In this document: positions 43,700 through 57,400 of the stretch, one piece after another
Layout of the letters: each line of letters begins with the position of its first letter
How positions within the stretch are numbered: the stretch's first letter is position 1
DNA from: Sphagnum compactum
Lineage: Eukaryota
Length of the DNA stretch: 64,000 bases
NCBI GenBank assembly: GCA_965153455.1
Contig: OZ234494.1
Location: 10,354,001 to 10,418,000 of the forward strand
Direction: 5' to 3'
Made by a program: the position numbers and the translations under genes
The notes under the pieces: generated by a model
Database searches by the model: none
Seen by the model: the letters and a program-made list of their open reading frames with translations, nothing else
What the model was told of the DNA's origin: nothing

Positions 43700-44850
43700 A
43701 CTAATCAAAACAAGGTAAAATGCAAGTTACTTTGTTTTGATTTTTTCATTGTTTTGAATATTTGTATTCTGAAATGTTTCTTTTTAATTAGTGATGTGAA
43801 TTGTGTAAGTTTGTAAGTAAAGTGATCATGTTTTAAGAAACCTTTTAATTCTGAAAAACCACTACCTTTTGTTACAACAAATAGATTGGTACTAGGGTCA
43901 TTGGCCATGTTTTTCCTAAATTCACATGGCATATATCATAGATTATAGTAAACATTATGGCCCTCCTATTGTCATTCCTTGCATCTTAAACAAGTCCAAG
44001 GGTCCTTGGTTATTGAATGATGTGTTGAATATAGCCATATCCATGAACCTCAAAGCAAAGGAAAAAATGAACCATTTCCCTTTATCATATGGTTTGATTG
44101 ATGATGATGATTCTATGCTGATTATTGAATTGAGAATTTTTTTCAAAGAAAAATAAAAAGGAGGTTATTGAGGTGATTGACTTTTCCTTTATTTCTTGAC
44201 AAGATGTGATGAAAGAAGAGCCCATAATATGTTAGCCTTGATGTTAGATCCTAGATTTGAAAGTTTGAAATTAATATCTGCTTTTATTGGCCATGAACAT
44301 GGGGTGGCCATAATTAACAAGTATGATAAAAAAAATCTTTGTTTCTTAGGTCTTAAAGTCTTATCAACATTTGTAGCCATTGTCTAGGATTGAAACTTTT
44401 TTTGATTAAAAATTTGAGAAAGAAAATAGCTTGGACATTTTTGAAATGGTGGCTAACACAAACAAACCTATAAAAGAACTTGTTAATTTAGAAGAATTGT
44501 TGATATTTTGTAAATATGATATGGATACAAAAGATATCAAATGCTTTTTGGAGTGGTGGAGGAAACATGAAATTATGTTCCCAGCTTTTGGCCTTTTAGC
44601 AATATATATATTAATGAGTGTAAGTTCTCAAATTGAAATTGGGAGAATGTTTTCATTTGTTGGAATTCTTGCTAATTTGAAAATATGTCACTTACAATTA
44701 TAGAACCTTGAGAAATCAATCTTTGTGAGTAAAAATTGGCCAAATGATGCAAGGGTAGGTTGTAAGGCCTTTCGTAATTTGGTAGAATTGATAGATTATA
44801 AATTAGACTTAAAGTATGAATTAGATGAAGTTGAAGGCTCATTTGAATAA
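43700..44850 (+). mobile_element. hAT transposase relic (C-terminal dimerisation region)
   Basis: HNMLALMLDPRF, LEWWRKHEIMFP, SSQIEIGRMFSFVG, *NLEKSIFVSKNW; frameshifted. Confidence 0.85.
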
Positions 44851-47800
44851 ATGAATCGCAAAGGACTAATATAATTTTTTTGTTCTGTATATATTTCGAA
44901 TGTGATCACATATTTTTGTTTAGATATCAGATTTTTGTAATGATTGTTAATTTGTTTTTGGGCCATGAAAATTTGAAGAAACATTTAAAGAATTCAATCA
45001 AATTTTTTGAAAGTGAAGTTAAAGAACCAATTTAATATAACCAAGTAATTCAAATGAGTTAATAACAAGTTGTGAAAAAATTGGTTGAACATAAGAAAAA
45101 TAAAAAATAAAAAACCGAATAGGGTACGAAAAATAAAATAAAATAATTCGTAATTCTTGAATTAATGTTTTTTGAGAACTAGAACAAGTGGTTATGAAAA
45201 AAATTAATAACCGTTCAACATTAGTTACACACTTAATTTTCACAAGTTCACATTATTTTATTTAATAATATGTTATTCATAAAGGGTTTTTTCTTATTTA
45301 CCAAAAGATAAGGAGGTTTTTTTTTTTTGTTCATGTTGTGATCAACAATTTTTTTGTGGAAATCTCACCAAAATGTGAAAAAAATTCAATGTTGAATTCC
45401 CTACAAAAGTTTTTTTGGGAATTTTTTGGAATTTTTTTAATAAGGGTTTTGGATTGTGTTTGCCAAATTTAAAAGACTTATTCCTACAAGTTGCCAAACA
45501 AAAACATGATTACAAAAAACAATTATTGTCTTACCTACCATGTTGCCATTTAATGGTAAATCCTTTTTGTGATACTAACCAATGATGATGCAACATCAAA
45601 ATTTTGAAAAAAAACAAGTCATTAATTTAAACAAGAATGAATGAACCACAATAAAAAAAACTTGTTTGATATGAACTAGACTTGTGTAGCATCCTTGAAT
45701 CATTTAACTAGCTTGACAATCAAACACATAGGTATGTCTATAAAATATTTCTTTTCATCTATTATGCATAGGGTTGCAACATTGTAACCATTATTTTATC
45801 CATGTAATATTCCTCTAAAAATGGATTGGAAGACCTAGCAACATTTATGTGTGTTCCATCTATTGCCCCTTGAACAATGGGCATGTCACATTAAATCTTA
45901 AAGTCTTGCATTACAAGCTTCACTTTGTGATCTCCAATTGACCAATCAAGTAAACTCTTAAATTTGAAATTGATTTTCATTACTATTCCCCACAAAAAAA
46001 AACCCCACTTTCCAACAACCTAGAGAAAAATGTTCACATTAACAACATGGAAAAGTTTGCAAATCACATGCAAAACTTTGATGTTGACAAGGATAACTTT
46101 GTGATATTTTTGTGTAATTTAGATATCAAAAGTTTTAATTTCATTGCAAACATCCAAAATTATTTTTTTCAACATCTTAAAAAGTTAAATCCACCTACTA
46201 CTATCATAGTTTGTGACAAGGAAATGGTAAAATCACGTTGTTAATACGCGCTTAACCCAATTTCCAAGTTCTAAGGCAATAGTTCATAAATTAAAAAATA
46301 AAAGTAGATGTAAACAACACCTATGCACTTTGCTTAATTGTCTTAGTGTTTAATAAATTAAACAAAAGGAAGGCTATGTTTGCATCAAATGCATATTGTG
46401 TGTCTTCCATGCTACCTTGAATAATATGACAAGGGAACCACAAACTTGTACCATTCTCCATTGTTCATGGTGTGAAAATTGTTCAAATCTATTGGACTTG
46501 AGAATGGTGCAAGAACAAGATTATATTTAAAAGCTTGAAACTAAAAGCAAAGTTATTGCAAAAATAATTCAAAAATTCAAAAATGCAAAAGGAAGAATCG
46601 TGAGAAAGAGTGTAGCTAAGAAGGTAATGAGTCTTTACATATCTATAAACAACCATTCATTGAAGAAAGCACAAGAACAATGCAAAAAACTTGCAAAAAA
46701 ATACAAAAACAAACTTCAAAATCAAATCACAAAGAAGAAGTTTGAACAACATCAAACAAGTGTCAACTTGTAGGAATTAGTAGCACAATTGATAATTAAC
46801 ATTGGACAATGTGCAATCATAAGGTGTGTATACTCGCTAATAAAAATGGTAAAAAGTGCAATGTTAAGGCAATGAATGTATATGAAACATGATGAGTATT
46901 AACTTTTAAATGTCAAGGAAAACCAGTTTGGTCTACCTCTTTCTTAATACTTCTAGTGATGGTTTCAAACTCTAACACACCTGGGTTGTAGTTGCCATGT
47001 TGTTGAATAGGGATTGCCTTCCTAATAAAAGTTTCTTGTCTTTGGTTACATGTTATAAAAATTTTGTGAATTGCCCAACATGATAATAAGCTCTAAGTAG
47101 CTCTATGCAACATTGATGTGAAAGTTGGTGAAAATTTTTGTTGCCCAATGTTTTTAGCATTTTGAAAATAGAAGTAGAATCAAATGATGGAATTCCATTC
47201 TTGATCATAATCCCAAATTATCCAAGATTTTTGTTTGCCCCAAAAAGGATGAAAATCAATGGTTTTTTTAAAAACTTCTCTTGGATGGCCAACTTTGACC
47301 ATCCATAATTCATTCATTTGAATTCTTTTCTAAATAGTTATTTTTTATATTATTAATATGCATGCATTTTATTTACCATAATTTTTTAACAATAAATAGA
47401 TAGCACAACCTAGATCTTGATCCAACTCCAAAAATTTGCAATTTTAAAGGTTGCCCCATACTAGAAAGTCTAAACTTTCAATGGTGGTAGTTTTCCATTT
47501 CTCATCCAAATATATGCATTTCAAAACCAAAACATTCAACTTCATGCCTAACATAATTCCACGAAGTTAGATTTTAAAAATTTTGAAAATTTGCATGACT
47601 TTTAGGCACATTTGGGAGGGCTAATCCTTTTTTTTTGTTGGGATTATTTTGGTCAAATCTAAATTAAAGGTAAGTGTATGGAAATCATGAGGATGGGTCC
47701 ATTCTTGAAATAAGTGCCTTTTATTTCCATGCCCAAAATAAGCACCTCCCAAGTGGAGCTAAATGGCACTTATTTTGGGAATGTTTTATTCCAAGGGTGC

Positions 47801-48085
47801 TACCCAATGTAAGAAAACATTGACACAACTTATTTTTTGGGCATTTTTTCTCATGATTCCCAATGGATATTCATTTTATCATGAGAGAAAAATGAAAAAA
47901 AAGGTGAAACATTTTGAAAGCAAAATGCCTATTCCTACAAGCATTTTGTTTTTCGAAATGCCTCCCTTTTGTAGAGGAACGTTTTTGTTGAATAAAGTGC
48001 CTTGCAAATACAATAGCAAATTTAATGTGGTAGGTATTTTTTTGTCATGACTTATGTGGCCGTAACTTCAATGTTAAGTACTATT

Positions 48086-49980
48086 TGTTGGATGTCAACA
48101 CCTTATCAAGTTGTTTTTACCAAATTATTTTTATTTTAGATATTTATGTTTCATGCATTCAATTTTTGAAATTATGAGATACTTGAATTACAATTAATTA
48201 AGTAATTCATTACATGTGATTTTCACTAGATAGTTAGGTGGAGGTAACATATGTTTGGGTTGATGACCTCGTGCATGCGCTTGTACATGCAATACTAGGA
48301 ACAGTAACATTTGGGATGTTCACCTCCTATTTAAGAATAGGCCCAATCTCAAGGATGGATCATAAATCTTGTAGCAACTTGTGTGATCTTAAGGTTGGGT
48401 GAAAAACTCATTGTAAATATGTGTTTTACAAGTCTTTATTCTTTCGTTGATCCATTATCAATTTCCAACATGGTATGAGAGCTTGATTGTTCTTGATAGA
48501 AGGAAAATCTGTGTTACATGTAATAATTGTTCATTCAAAAGTTTTGAAGTTTAAAGTTTGTATTTTCTAACATTGTTCTAATCATAATTATGACATCTAC
48601 TTTTGATGTTTAAAGCATTGAGAAATTTGATGGCAATAATTTTCACTCTTTGGAAAATGAAAATGGAGTTTTTTTTGCATGTGAAAGATTTGTGGGGGAT
48701 CACTTTAGGAGAGTTATTGCCACCAAGGATTACGTTTGGAGAAATTGTTCCTAAAGGAGGTATTCATGACCATCAAATGTGCATGAAGAAAGACAAGTTG
48801 GCATGTGGGACAATATTCCAAAATGTTGTTGATTCTATGTTGGATCATGTAGCATGTGTAGAAAGTGCAAAAAAAGCTTGAGCTAACCTTTTTGTAACAT
48901 TTGAAAGATGACATGCTAGCAATAAATTACATCAATTTCAAAAGCTTTGCAATCTTAAGATGGAGGAAGGCACTTTGGTGCAAGTTCACATTGATAAGTT
49001 TTGCATGATTACTAATCAATTGGCAAACATTGATCATATAGTTTTTGATGAAAATTTGGCATTCACATTTTTAGGGGGTTTGCCACCCTCTTTCCATACC
49101 TTGGTGGTTTCACTTAATTTATCCATCTTAATGAATTATCTATAGAGTTCATATGTGGAATATGTTGTAGGAATAATTATGGTTTTTAAACAAGAAGTAC
49201 TCAACCATGCTACAAAACAAGAAACATTAATTATTAAGGTTGTGTCTAGGAAGTTTAAAAAGGGTGTAATAGAGGAAGTTCAAGAATGAGAAGCCAATGA
49301 AAATGGGAACTCTTTATAATTATGACATTAAAGGTCAATTTGCTAGAAAATGTCATAATAATAAACAAGATTACAAGAACAAGTTCAAAGGTTTTTCACA
49401 TGCAATTACAAGTAAGATTGAACTTTTTATGACTATTTTGTTTATCTTTATAGTTTACAAAGATATTTGTTTCATTGATTTTGGAACTTCACAACATCGA
49501 ACACATTTTAGAAAGAAGTTTTTCAACCTTTGAAATTTTTACTTTCAATCACAAATTAGATTTTGGAGACAATAATACCCTTGATGTGTGTGGGAAATGC
49601 ATTATTGTTTTCAAATTGCCAAATGGGATTTTCAAGTGCATTCAAGATGTATAATATGTTCCAAAATTTGTAAATAATATATTATGGGTCAATTAGTTAA
49701 TAGTTAAAGCTTCAAAGTGGAATTTGAAACCACTAAATGTTGGTTGAAGTCTTGTGATTCAAACAAGATGATTATTGAAGTTGTCCAAGTTATACAAGTT
49801 GATCAAAGTTATTCAATCCTTGGTTGCAAATCATAACACTAAACAAAAAAAAAAAAGATTTTTGGCATCGGATATTCAATCATTTCTCTATGTAGGGCTT
49901 AAGAACCTTGCCCAAAAACAACCTTGTTGAAGGTATGGATCTCAATGGAGATCATGACTTGAGTTTCTATGATGGATACA
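48086..49980 (+). mobile_element. 3'-truncated Ty1/Copia element: 5' LTR (48086-48470), PBS, gag, protease, pre-integrase relics
   Basis: LTR termini TGTTGGA..TCCAACA followed directly by TGGTATGAGAGC (tRNA-iMet-type PBS, one mismatch). gag EKFDGNNF/WKMKMEFFL, LKMEEGTLVQVHI..LGGLPPSF; decayed zinc knuckle YNYDIKGQFARKC; protease FIDFGTSQH; WHR motif. Confidence 0.88.
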
Positions 49981-50471
49981 AGTGAATCATGTTTGACAAA
50001 ACAAAATAATTTATTTAACTCAACATAAATACATTGAGGGTACAATAAATGGCTAAAAGTAAGTTGGTATGAACCCCTTGTATTATCAATTACAAATTTT
50101 CAAAGGATATGGGTCTTCAAAGTGATGCATATATTTGGAAGCAATGTAGGCTATCTCATTTCATAATGTTATTAAAAGTTTCATGTATATAATGGTAATG
50201 TATAAGACTTTATATTGTTTAGGCAATGGGGGTTGTGAAACAAAATTTCCATTATCTAAAAAGCATAATGGATTTTAGTTTGTGTTTTTCTTCCTCTGTA
50301 ATTTCTGTGTTCTAATAGCAGTGCAAATTTACCATGCATTGTCTTCAAAGCTACTTTAGCATCTGGATTGAGCCCAGCCTAGTACACAGCAGATGTTTGT
50401 GCCCTTCACAGCATTGACCCACAATATTCCAATTTCTAGCACCTGCTGATGGGTTGAGAGTTGTGTGACAG

Positions 50472-51277
50472 ATTTTGCACAGAATCGATATTTTGATAAT
50501 GAAGCATTTGTAGGGTACCTTTTCTATATTGGAAGTGACCTGAGTATGCCAAATTCATTGTGTATACTTCCAAACCTAGTCCTCTTGGTTGCTTTTCTCT
50601 TTCTCTCCATGTGCGGCACAGTTGTAGAACAACTTTGGATTGCTCATGAGAGTGTCTCATATAAGATGTCACCACCTATGTCTGATGGTTCAGCTATCCA
50701 CATGCATTTTTCTTTTCTAGAGCTCCTCCAAAGCACACACTTTCTCGCAGCAATGGCACATCCAGCAAACAAGGCATGTCAAAATCTCTAGGTCTTGCAC
50801 ATGGTGTTGGAGAATTGGATATGGTCAGAGTAAGATGACTGTTAAGAGCAAGATAGGCTTTCAGTGTAGGTATCCCAAACTTGGTATCCTGCTCTTGACA
50901 CCTTCCAAACAAGTTGTATGAAATTACCTTATTTAACCTTTTCTTCCATTCATGAAAATTTGGTGGTCAGTTGAGTCGCAGTATTTCATTCCATGAAATT
51001 TGGTGACATTGGCAGGACTTGCTTCTGGATGTTTCTAAACTGCATTTTTGGTGTGTATGTGTAGGAAGTTGCACATCAACAGCAGTTTTATTTTTGGAAA
51101 CACTATCGTAACAATTGGTTGAAGCGCATTCTACCCCATCCTATGCCCAAAGATCCTTCTCCACCACCAATGCCACCGCCAGCCTCCACACCTGTTCTGC
51201 CTCCAGTACCTGTGAAACCTGAAGGTCCCACCTGAACAGGAGCTGGAGAGCGAAGGAAAAGGAAATATGCAAATTAA
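50472..51277 (+). pseudogene. MED31: Mediator subunit 31 (SOH1) pseudogene, first exon not found
   Basis: Exon relics AQNRYFDNEAFVGYL/WK*PEYAKFI (from 50472), YPH/FLELLQSTHFLAAMAHPANK (~50694-50773), EVAHQQQFYFWKHYRNNWLKRILP plus a Pro-rich tail (51065-51277). Frameshifts and TGA stops. Confidence 0.88.
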
Positions 51278-53323
51278 TGCCACCAAAGGTATTTCTTATT
51301 CTGCAGGGATTTCCTTGCTGAGCACCTGAAATGGGTTTCAGAGAGAGATAAGTCTGTCCTCAACGATGCCAGTTTCTTTCTGCTTCTATAAGCCCAACTA
51401 AAGAGGAGAATCAGAGAAATCTTGCCATCACATCTTGTGTCACAAGCTTAAGTCAGTGAATATTGTGCTGTATGTCTGTCTTTCAATAGTGTGACACTTG
51501 CATACCTCAAATTTATTCAATTCACAAGACAGGTGGTGGACCTGTAATGGAATGAATGGAAGAGTGCTCCTGTGATCAAAGAAGGGAGGCAATATAAGTA
51601 TTAATAAGGCCACCATTTGATTCCAAGTTGATGAAGCGCAGTGTTAAGAGGGGAGGCTAAGTGCATTCCACTATGCCTTGGTGGCATTAGTGCATAGAAC
51701 CATTGTCAATCTGTTTTGTAACAGGGTTATGGTGATCCTATGGTGACAATGCCAAATGTCTGGTGCCGAAATGTGGGTTTCTGTACAGGATTATTGTCAG
51801 AGAACCTTGTTTCTAAATATAAAACTTCAAAGCAGGTCACTGTGGCCTGGGTTTGGCAGCCAAACACATCACTATGCTCCTGGAAGAGGCTTGGAAACGA
51901 ATCCTTGTCTAGAGTGAAAGCTTTGCCAGTATGTATATCCTGGCTGATGGTAAGAGCACCTGCACTGATCACACAGTGGCAAACCTATTGTTGGCTGCAA
52001 TACAGCAGATCTGCTGTGAACTTCACTTGGCACACTCTCCAATGATTTTGTTAGAGTTTCTGTGAGTTACCAACAGGACAGATTTGAGAATTTAAACTCT
52101 AAGCTCTTGAATCAGGCATGATACCCTGACAACTTTCTTATTCATTGTTTTGTGGTCATGACTGCCTAGTTTTGCAGGTTTGACTAGGAGTATGAGCCAA
52201 GTGAGTGAAGGTAAGGATTTCCTGATTGTGTTGAAATTGATGATATAGGAGAAGCTGTTGTAAGAATTACTTTCAAAGTGCTGTGGAGGGTTGCATTGGC
52301 CTTGATAAGAAGTGATCAAATCTTCACAATATTTTTTGGTGAAATTGCTTTTGAGATTCGTTTCGGCAAAGTCATTTTCTCCTCTTGCATGTATTGTTGC
52401 TAACCTTTAGAGCCAACTACTCAGCATGTTTTGTTTTGGCCTTTCCATGCTTTAACATCATGGAAACCCACTACATGTTTATGTAGGCAAATGTGCCCAA
52501 TTCGATCCCTATGTCATGTGTAGCATTGAAGAAATGTAATATTATTTACGTACAACCAATCAAGACAAATAACTTGTCTAAAATGTATTGTCAAGCTTAT
52601 CTACTTAAAAGATTCAAACCTATTTGAAACATGGTGATTGGATTTTAATTCAATTTTGAAAAAATGCAAAGTGCCTGGTCGGGTCTCAACGACTATTGCA
52701 ACAAAACTCAAAACTCTCAATTCAGCTACCCTAGAACCTGATCTATTACCTAAACCTTAACTTGGCTAATTCGTCAAATCTCTCAATGCTGATTTTTAGG
52801 TTAATGCCAGGGTCAATAACCAATCAGGAGAATCTATCTGGCTTTTTTAGTTAGGCGTAGAGTGATTTCTATTGCCTATTTTGTGGTGGGCCTCACCGAT
52901 TGGCTGATCACCAAAAAAATGTTTCAGAACTTTGAACACTCCAAAGAGAAAATCTGCATGGTTTGTACATTTGGCCCACATATGTAACCTAAAGAGTAGC
53001 CTTTTTTCCTAACTATGTTCAGCACTACCATCTGGGGTTATGCAGAGAGCCACCAAAAAAGTCACCATAAAAGTTAGGTAGTCGGGTCTATACTGTATAC
53101 AAACCTCGAAAGCTTGTGTGAGTAACAATTATATACAAACTCACCACATACCCACACAATTGTCTTTGCTTTCTTTTCATTTTATAGTTGTTGTTACCTA
53201 CAATTTCTTCTCTCAAAACATGCATTGAGTGGAGACTCCCGATTTGTTCCACATACAAGATTAGGTACCCAAGAATCCACCCACCCACTACAGAATTTTG
53301 AGAGAGATGTGGGTACCACCACA

Positions 53324-53690
53324 CCAATCTCTCACATCATCATCACAATTTCATCTCTTGCACTTCATCACTAATTTTTTTGGGTTGTATGTTTATATGT
53401 ACCAATCTCTCACTTCATAACCCAAAAATAAATAAAATAGTATTCCAATTTCATCCCTCACACTCCCATCACTTTTTATTGTAACTTTATAGTTTACTCC
53501 TAGGTACCAATTAATGTACCAATCTCTCACTTCTGCACAAGATTTTGGTTCCAATTCCATCTCTCACATTTCATCACAATTCCTTCTTGTTTGTAAAAAA
53601 GTTTATAGCTAGCTACACCAATCTCCTTTCACTTTCACCACAAAACTTTTGTTCCAATTTCATCTCTCACACTTCATCACAAAACTTTCA
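53324..53690. repeat. Degenerate tandem repeats (accaatctctcacttc / caatttcatctctcacacttcatcac)
   Basis: About 4 cycles of the two motifs upstream of the RBM26-like gene. Confidence 0.75.
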
Positions 53691-53997
53691 TTGTTATATA
53701 TAAAGAAATTGTTGATTGTTCTTGACTTCCTACTTTCCCTTTTAAAACTCTTTTGCTCAGGTATCCATTTTAAAGGTAGGTACATAGATAGTAGTTGTTG
53801 TTTGCCCCTCTTTTTGTGGGCCACTTCCTTCCCTACTTCTTATTAGTTTTGTTGTTTTGGGGGTTTTTTTTTTTTTTTTTTTCCCTCCCTTTGGGTGCTA
53901 GGGTTCATGGCATGTGACAAAGTTGTTACGTTTTTTTGTTTTTTTGGGTTTTCCCGTGTCTGCTCCTCTTCCGCAGATTTTGTTCAGGGTTGCGGTT

Positions 53998-54007
53998 TTT
54001 AGGGTTT
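53998..54007 (-). promoter_or_regulatory. Telo-box (AAACCCTA) near the 5' end of the RBM26/27-like gene
   Basis: tttagggttt in the leader region. Telo-boxes are known in plant translation and RNA-processing genes; function here is inferred. Confidence 0.35.
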
Positions 54008-54435
54008 CGGGAGGGAAAGCACCTTTGCTGCTGCGATAGGTAACGAGTGTTTGAGCTTTTGTGGCGAAGAAGAAGAAGACGACTAGGGTAAACGTTTGCA
54101 AGCATTTTTGCTGATGTTTGTGGCGCGATAATCGCAGGAAGGGAATCATAATTCGCCTGTTTTTTAGCTAGTTTTCTTAGTTTTTCGTGTTTTGTTTTTG
54201 CGGTGTGCGGCGTTGTGGAAAGAATTTCTTCATTGAGAGTAGCGTTAGAAGTGCGATATGAAGCAGGGTTCTTTTGAGGAGTGTGTGTGGTATGGCCCAT
54301 CATCATGTTTGGGATAAAATCGAGCGGCGAGGAGGAGGAGGACGGAGCAGGCTTCTGGCAGACGGCAGGAGCAGGAGGACGAGGAAGCTGGCTTTATTAT
54401 TCACACAACAGCCAGTTGACGCGGAAGTAAACAGC

Positions 54436-57400
54436 ATGAAGACTGGTGATTCGTCTCTGCGTCAATACCTTATTCAAAACTTGAAACCCATGTGAGTGAT
54501 TTCTTTTTTTTCGCTTACCTTGCCATGTCCTTCCTTCCTTATTTTCCTTTTGCGCCATTTTTATTGCAACCCTGATTCTTTACTGCACATATCAATCTCA
54601 TTTCCAATACCATTGCATTTTCTGCTACTCGGCTTTTCTTTTGCAACGGATTTGGGGCCATTTCTTAAGCCCCTGTTTCAAGAGGGGTTGTATTTACCTA
54701 TCAGGGGAACCTTGGTATGTGTCAGGGATGGCTTCCCTCTCTTTTCACTTGACCATCTTTGTAGTGATGGATTCTCTCAGTTCCAAATGCAGCTCTCACT
54801 TTTATCTGCAACCCTTCTTGAAAGAACTGTAGGTCAATCACTGCAGTTGATATGTGCAATTTGCAAATTTGCTATAGATTTCTAAAAACCTTCTCCTGTT
54901 TGTTTCCCTGTCTACCTGAATAAAATCTGTGTCTTTTAAGGATTCTAAGAGATTTTAAGGCTTTTCTCTCCTCCCTCCAGCTTCACCACATTTATGCTCT
55001 TCTTGTGTTGCTTTTGCATTCATATGTCTTGTCATTGTTATGTATGTACTGATTGTCCTTTAGCAGAGAACTGTTCTTCCATCTCCTGTAATATGACTGT
55101 GTGCTATGTGATTGAAAGGTGGTTTTAATATATGAGAAAACATAGGAGTTATGTGGGTGGAAAATAAATTGTGCTGGATGGCTGGGTGTAAAACAGGACA
55201 GAGGCAGATCCAACTTTGCTCGCAGACTATGTTGTAGCCCTTTTGAAGAATAATAGGCCCAAGAAGGAACTCCAGAAGTTGTGCATTGACCAGCTCTACG
55301 ATTTCCTTGGCGAGGGTAAAGCTTTTTACACCTGGAGAACTTCCTACCTGATTTGCACTGCTTTGTTTTCTGCCAACCTTGTTTTAATCTCCTAACATTC
55401 TCTCATGGTAGTGTCACAGTCTACTTCCCCTTTCCTTCCAGTTGTCTCACATTTGTATAGTGTCTGTCATGCCTGTATTATTGTAGTAAATGGAAAAATT
55501 TCTCTCCTTGCACTTGACAGTCTGTTCACCCATGGGGTACTGTAGAGAGATTGTGTGACTTTTGTACATCCAACTGTTTGCAGGAACAAAGCTGTTTGTT
55601 TTTAATCTGTTTCGTGCGCTGGAAGATGGAACCATCCCTTCTATTTCAGATGATCTTGAAGGGAGTGAGCAACTGGAGTCAACAGATGCTCCAGGTGGTG
55701 GAGTGGAGATGCGCACCTCTCCTTCACATCTAGAACGACTTCCAAGCAGTGGGCTGCATGTGTGGAATGAGGAAGGTGAGGAAGAGGAGAGCAGTGATGA
55801 TGATCGAAACCACAAGCATCGACGGCGTGTCTCACGCTCTCGCTCATTAGACCCTAACGAGGAGCCTGATTCTTCACACTTCAATGGGCGACCTCCAAAT
55901 GACATGACACACCAAGCTAGGGGCCATGATAGGGGCCTTGCGCACTTTGATAGAGAGCACTCAACTAAATATGACAGACGATCAGGTCGAGAACATGCAA
56001 GTCGGCATTTTAGTAATGGGGATGAAGGGCAGCGGAACATGATAAGAGGGGGCCCCCGGACCCGAGGGGAGGTGGCTGGCCTTCACTATGATGGCATGCG
56101 CATGTTCCAAGGCCGAGGAGGCGCAGGACCTTGGGGTGTGCCCCTTCGACCACCTTCCTTTCCAGAGGGACCCTCTCCACTCTTACCCCCAAGCTCAGGC
56201 TTCTATCCAGGGGCCAGGACTATGGCTGGTCGAGGTGCAGAGTGGTCAACAGGATTTGGACCAATGCATGGCATGGGCTCTGGTCCTATGGAACATGCTC
56301 ATCATGGTCAAGGCTCAGGTGCAGTTGGCATGGGGATGGGCATCCGTGCTGGGCGGCCAAGATGCCCAGATTTTGAAGAGCGGGGGTTTTGTTTGAGAGG
56401 GGACCTGTGTCCTTTGGAGCATGGTGCCAACAGGATTGTTGTTGAAGATGTACAGGTATCCCCCAAATTTGTTCATTGTCAGTATTACCTTTGATTTTCT
56501 AGTGCACTACAAATTGAGGTATAGGGATGGTGGTAGATGTGGTTGCTGTGGCTGGTTTAAGGCTGTTCTTTGCTTGCTTGGGATCTATTTGGAGTAAAAC
56601 TTACAGTCTCCATTTTTTTTGTTGGTGGAAGTTTCAAAAATCATGTCTAATTTGGGGATCAGAACCAGATCTTCCAGCAAATAATTTCTGAGATGCTGAT
56701 TTGTTGGGTACTAATGTTCTATCCTGGATTATTCTTGTTTGGCAATGGATCTATGTTCCCACAACCCAGTCTCCAGGTTGTTGGATAGTAGTGCTATATC
56801 CTGGTGTTTTGGTGTGCTTAAATGATATGGTCAGGGTGCAGAGGCCCCAACCACTACACTCTATAGAGGCCTCTCTATGCCTTTGGCTTAGATGCTTGCC
56901 CATGCACAGCCAAGCTTAAGTGAACAAAGCTTACCCTCCAAAGCTTTTTGCAGCTTGAATGAGGACACTTTTGACTGTTTGATTACCTACGCATCTTGAT
57001 TGCTAGCAAACATCCTGACTGAGTCTTCCCATTGCTTCTGGAATGTGATAGAAACTCAGGACACAGATTTTTTTTTTGCCTGAAATATTGAGTGGATTAC
57101 TATACGCTAATCTAGACCCATGAGCTGATGAAGTCACTGCCATTCATGATGAATGTGTGGTCTGATACTTTTTGAGTGACACTCACAAGGTTATGACTTC
57201 ACTCTTTCCTGTCGTACTTGTCTCAAATTGGCTGGAACTGAAACAGCAGGTGTTTCAAAGTTTTGTTGTGAATTTGTTGTGAACTAAGTATTTGGAGACA
57301 TAGATGCTCTTGTGATGTAATGTGCTATATGGATTTTCCTTCCTCCTGACCTAGCAGCAGCAGGGACCCAGCTACTGCCTTGCAATCTATTTAGGGTGGC

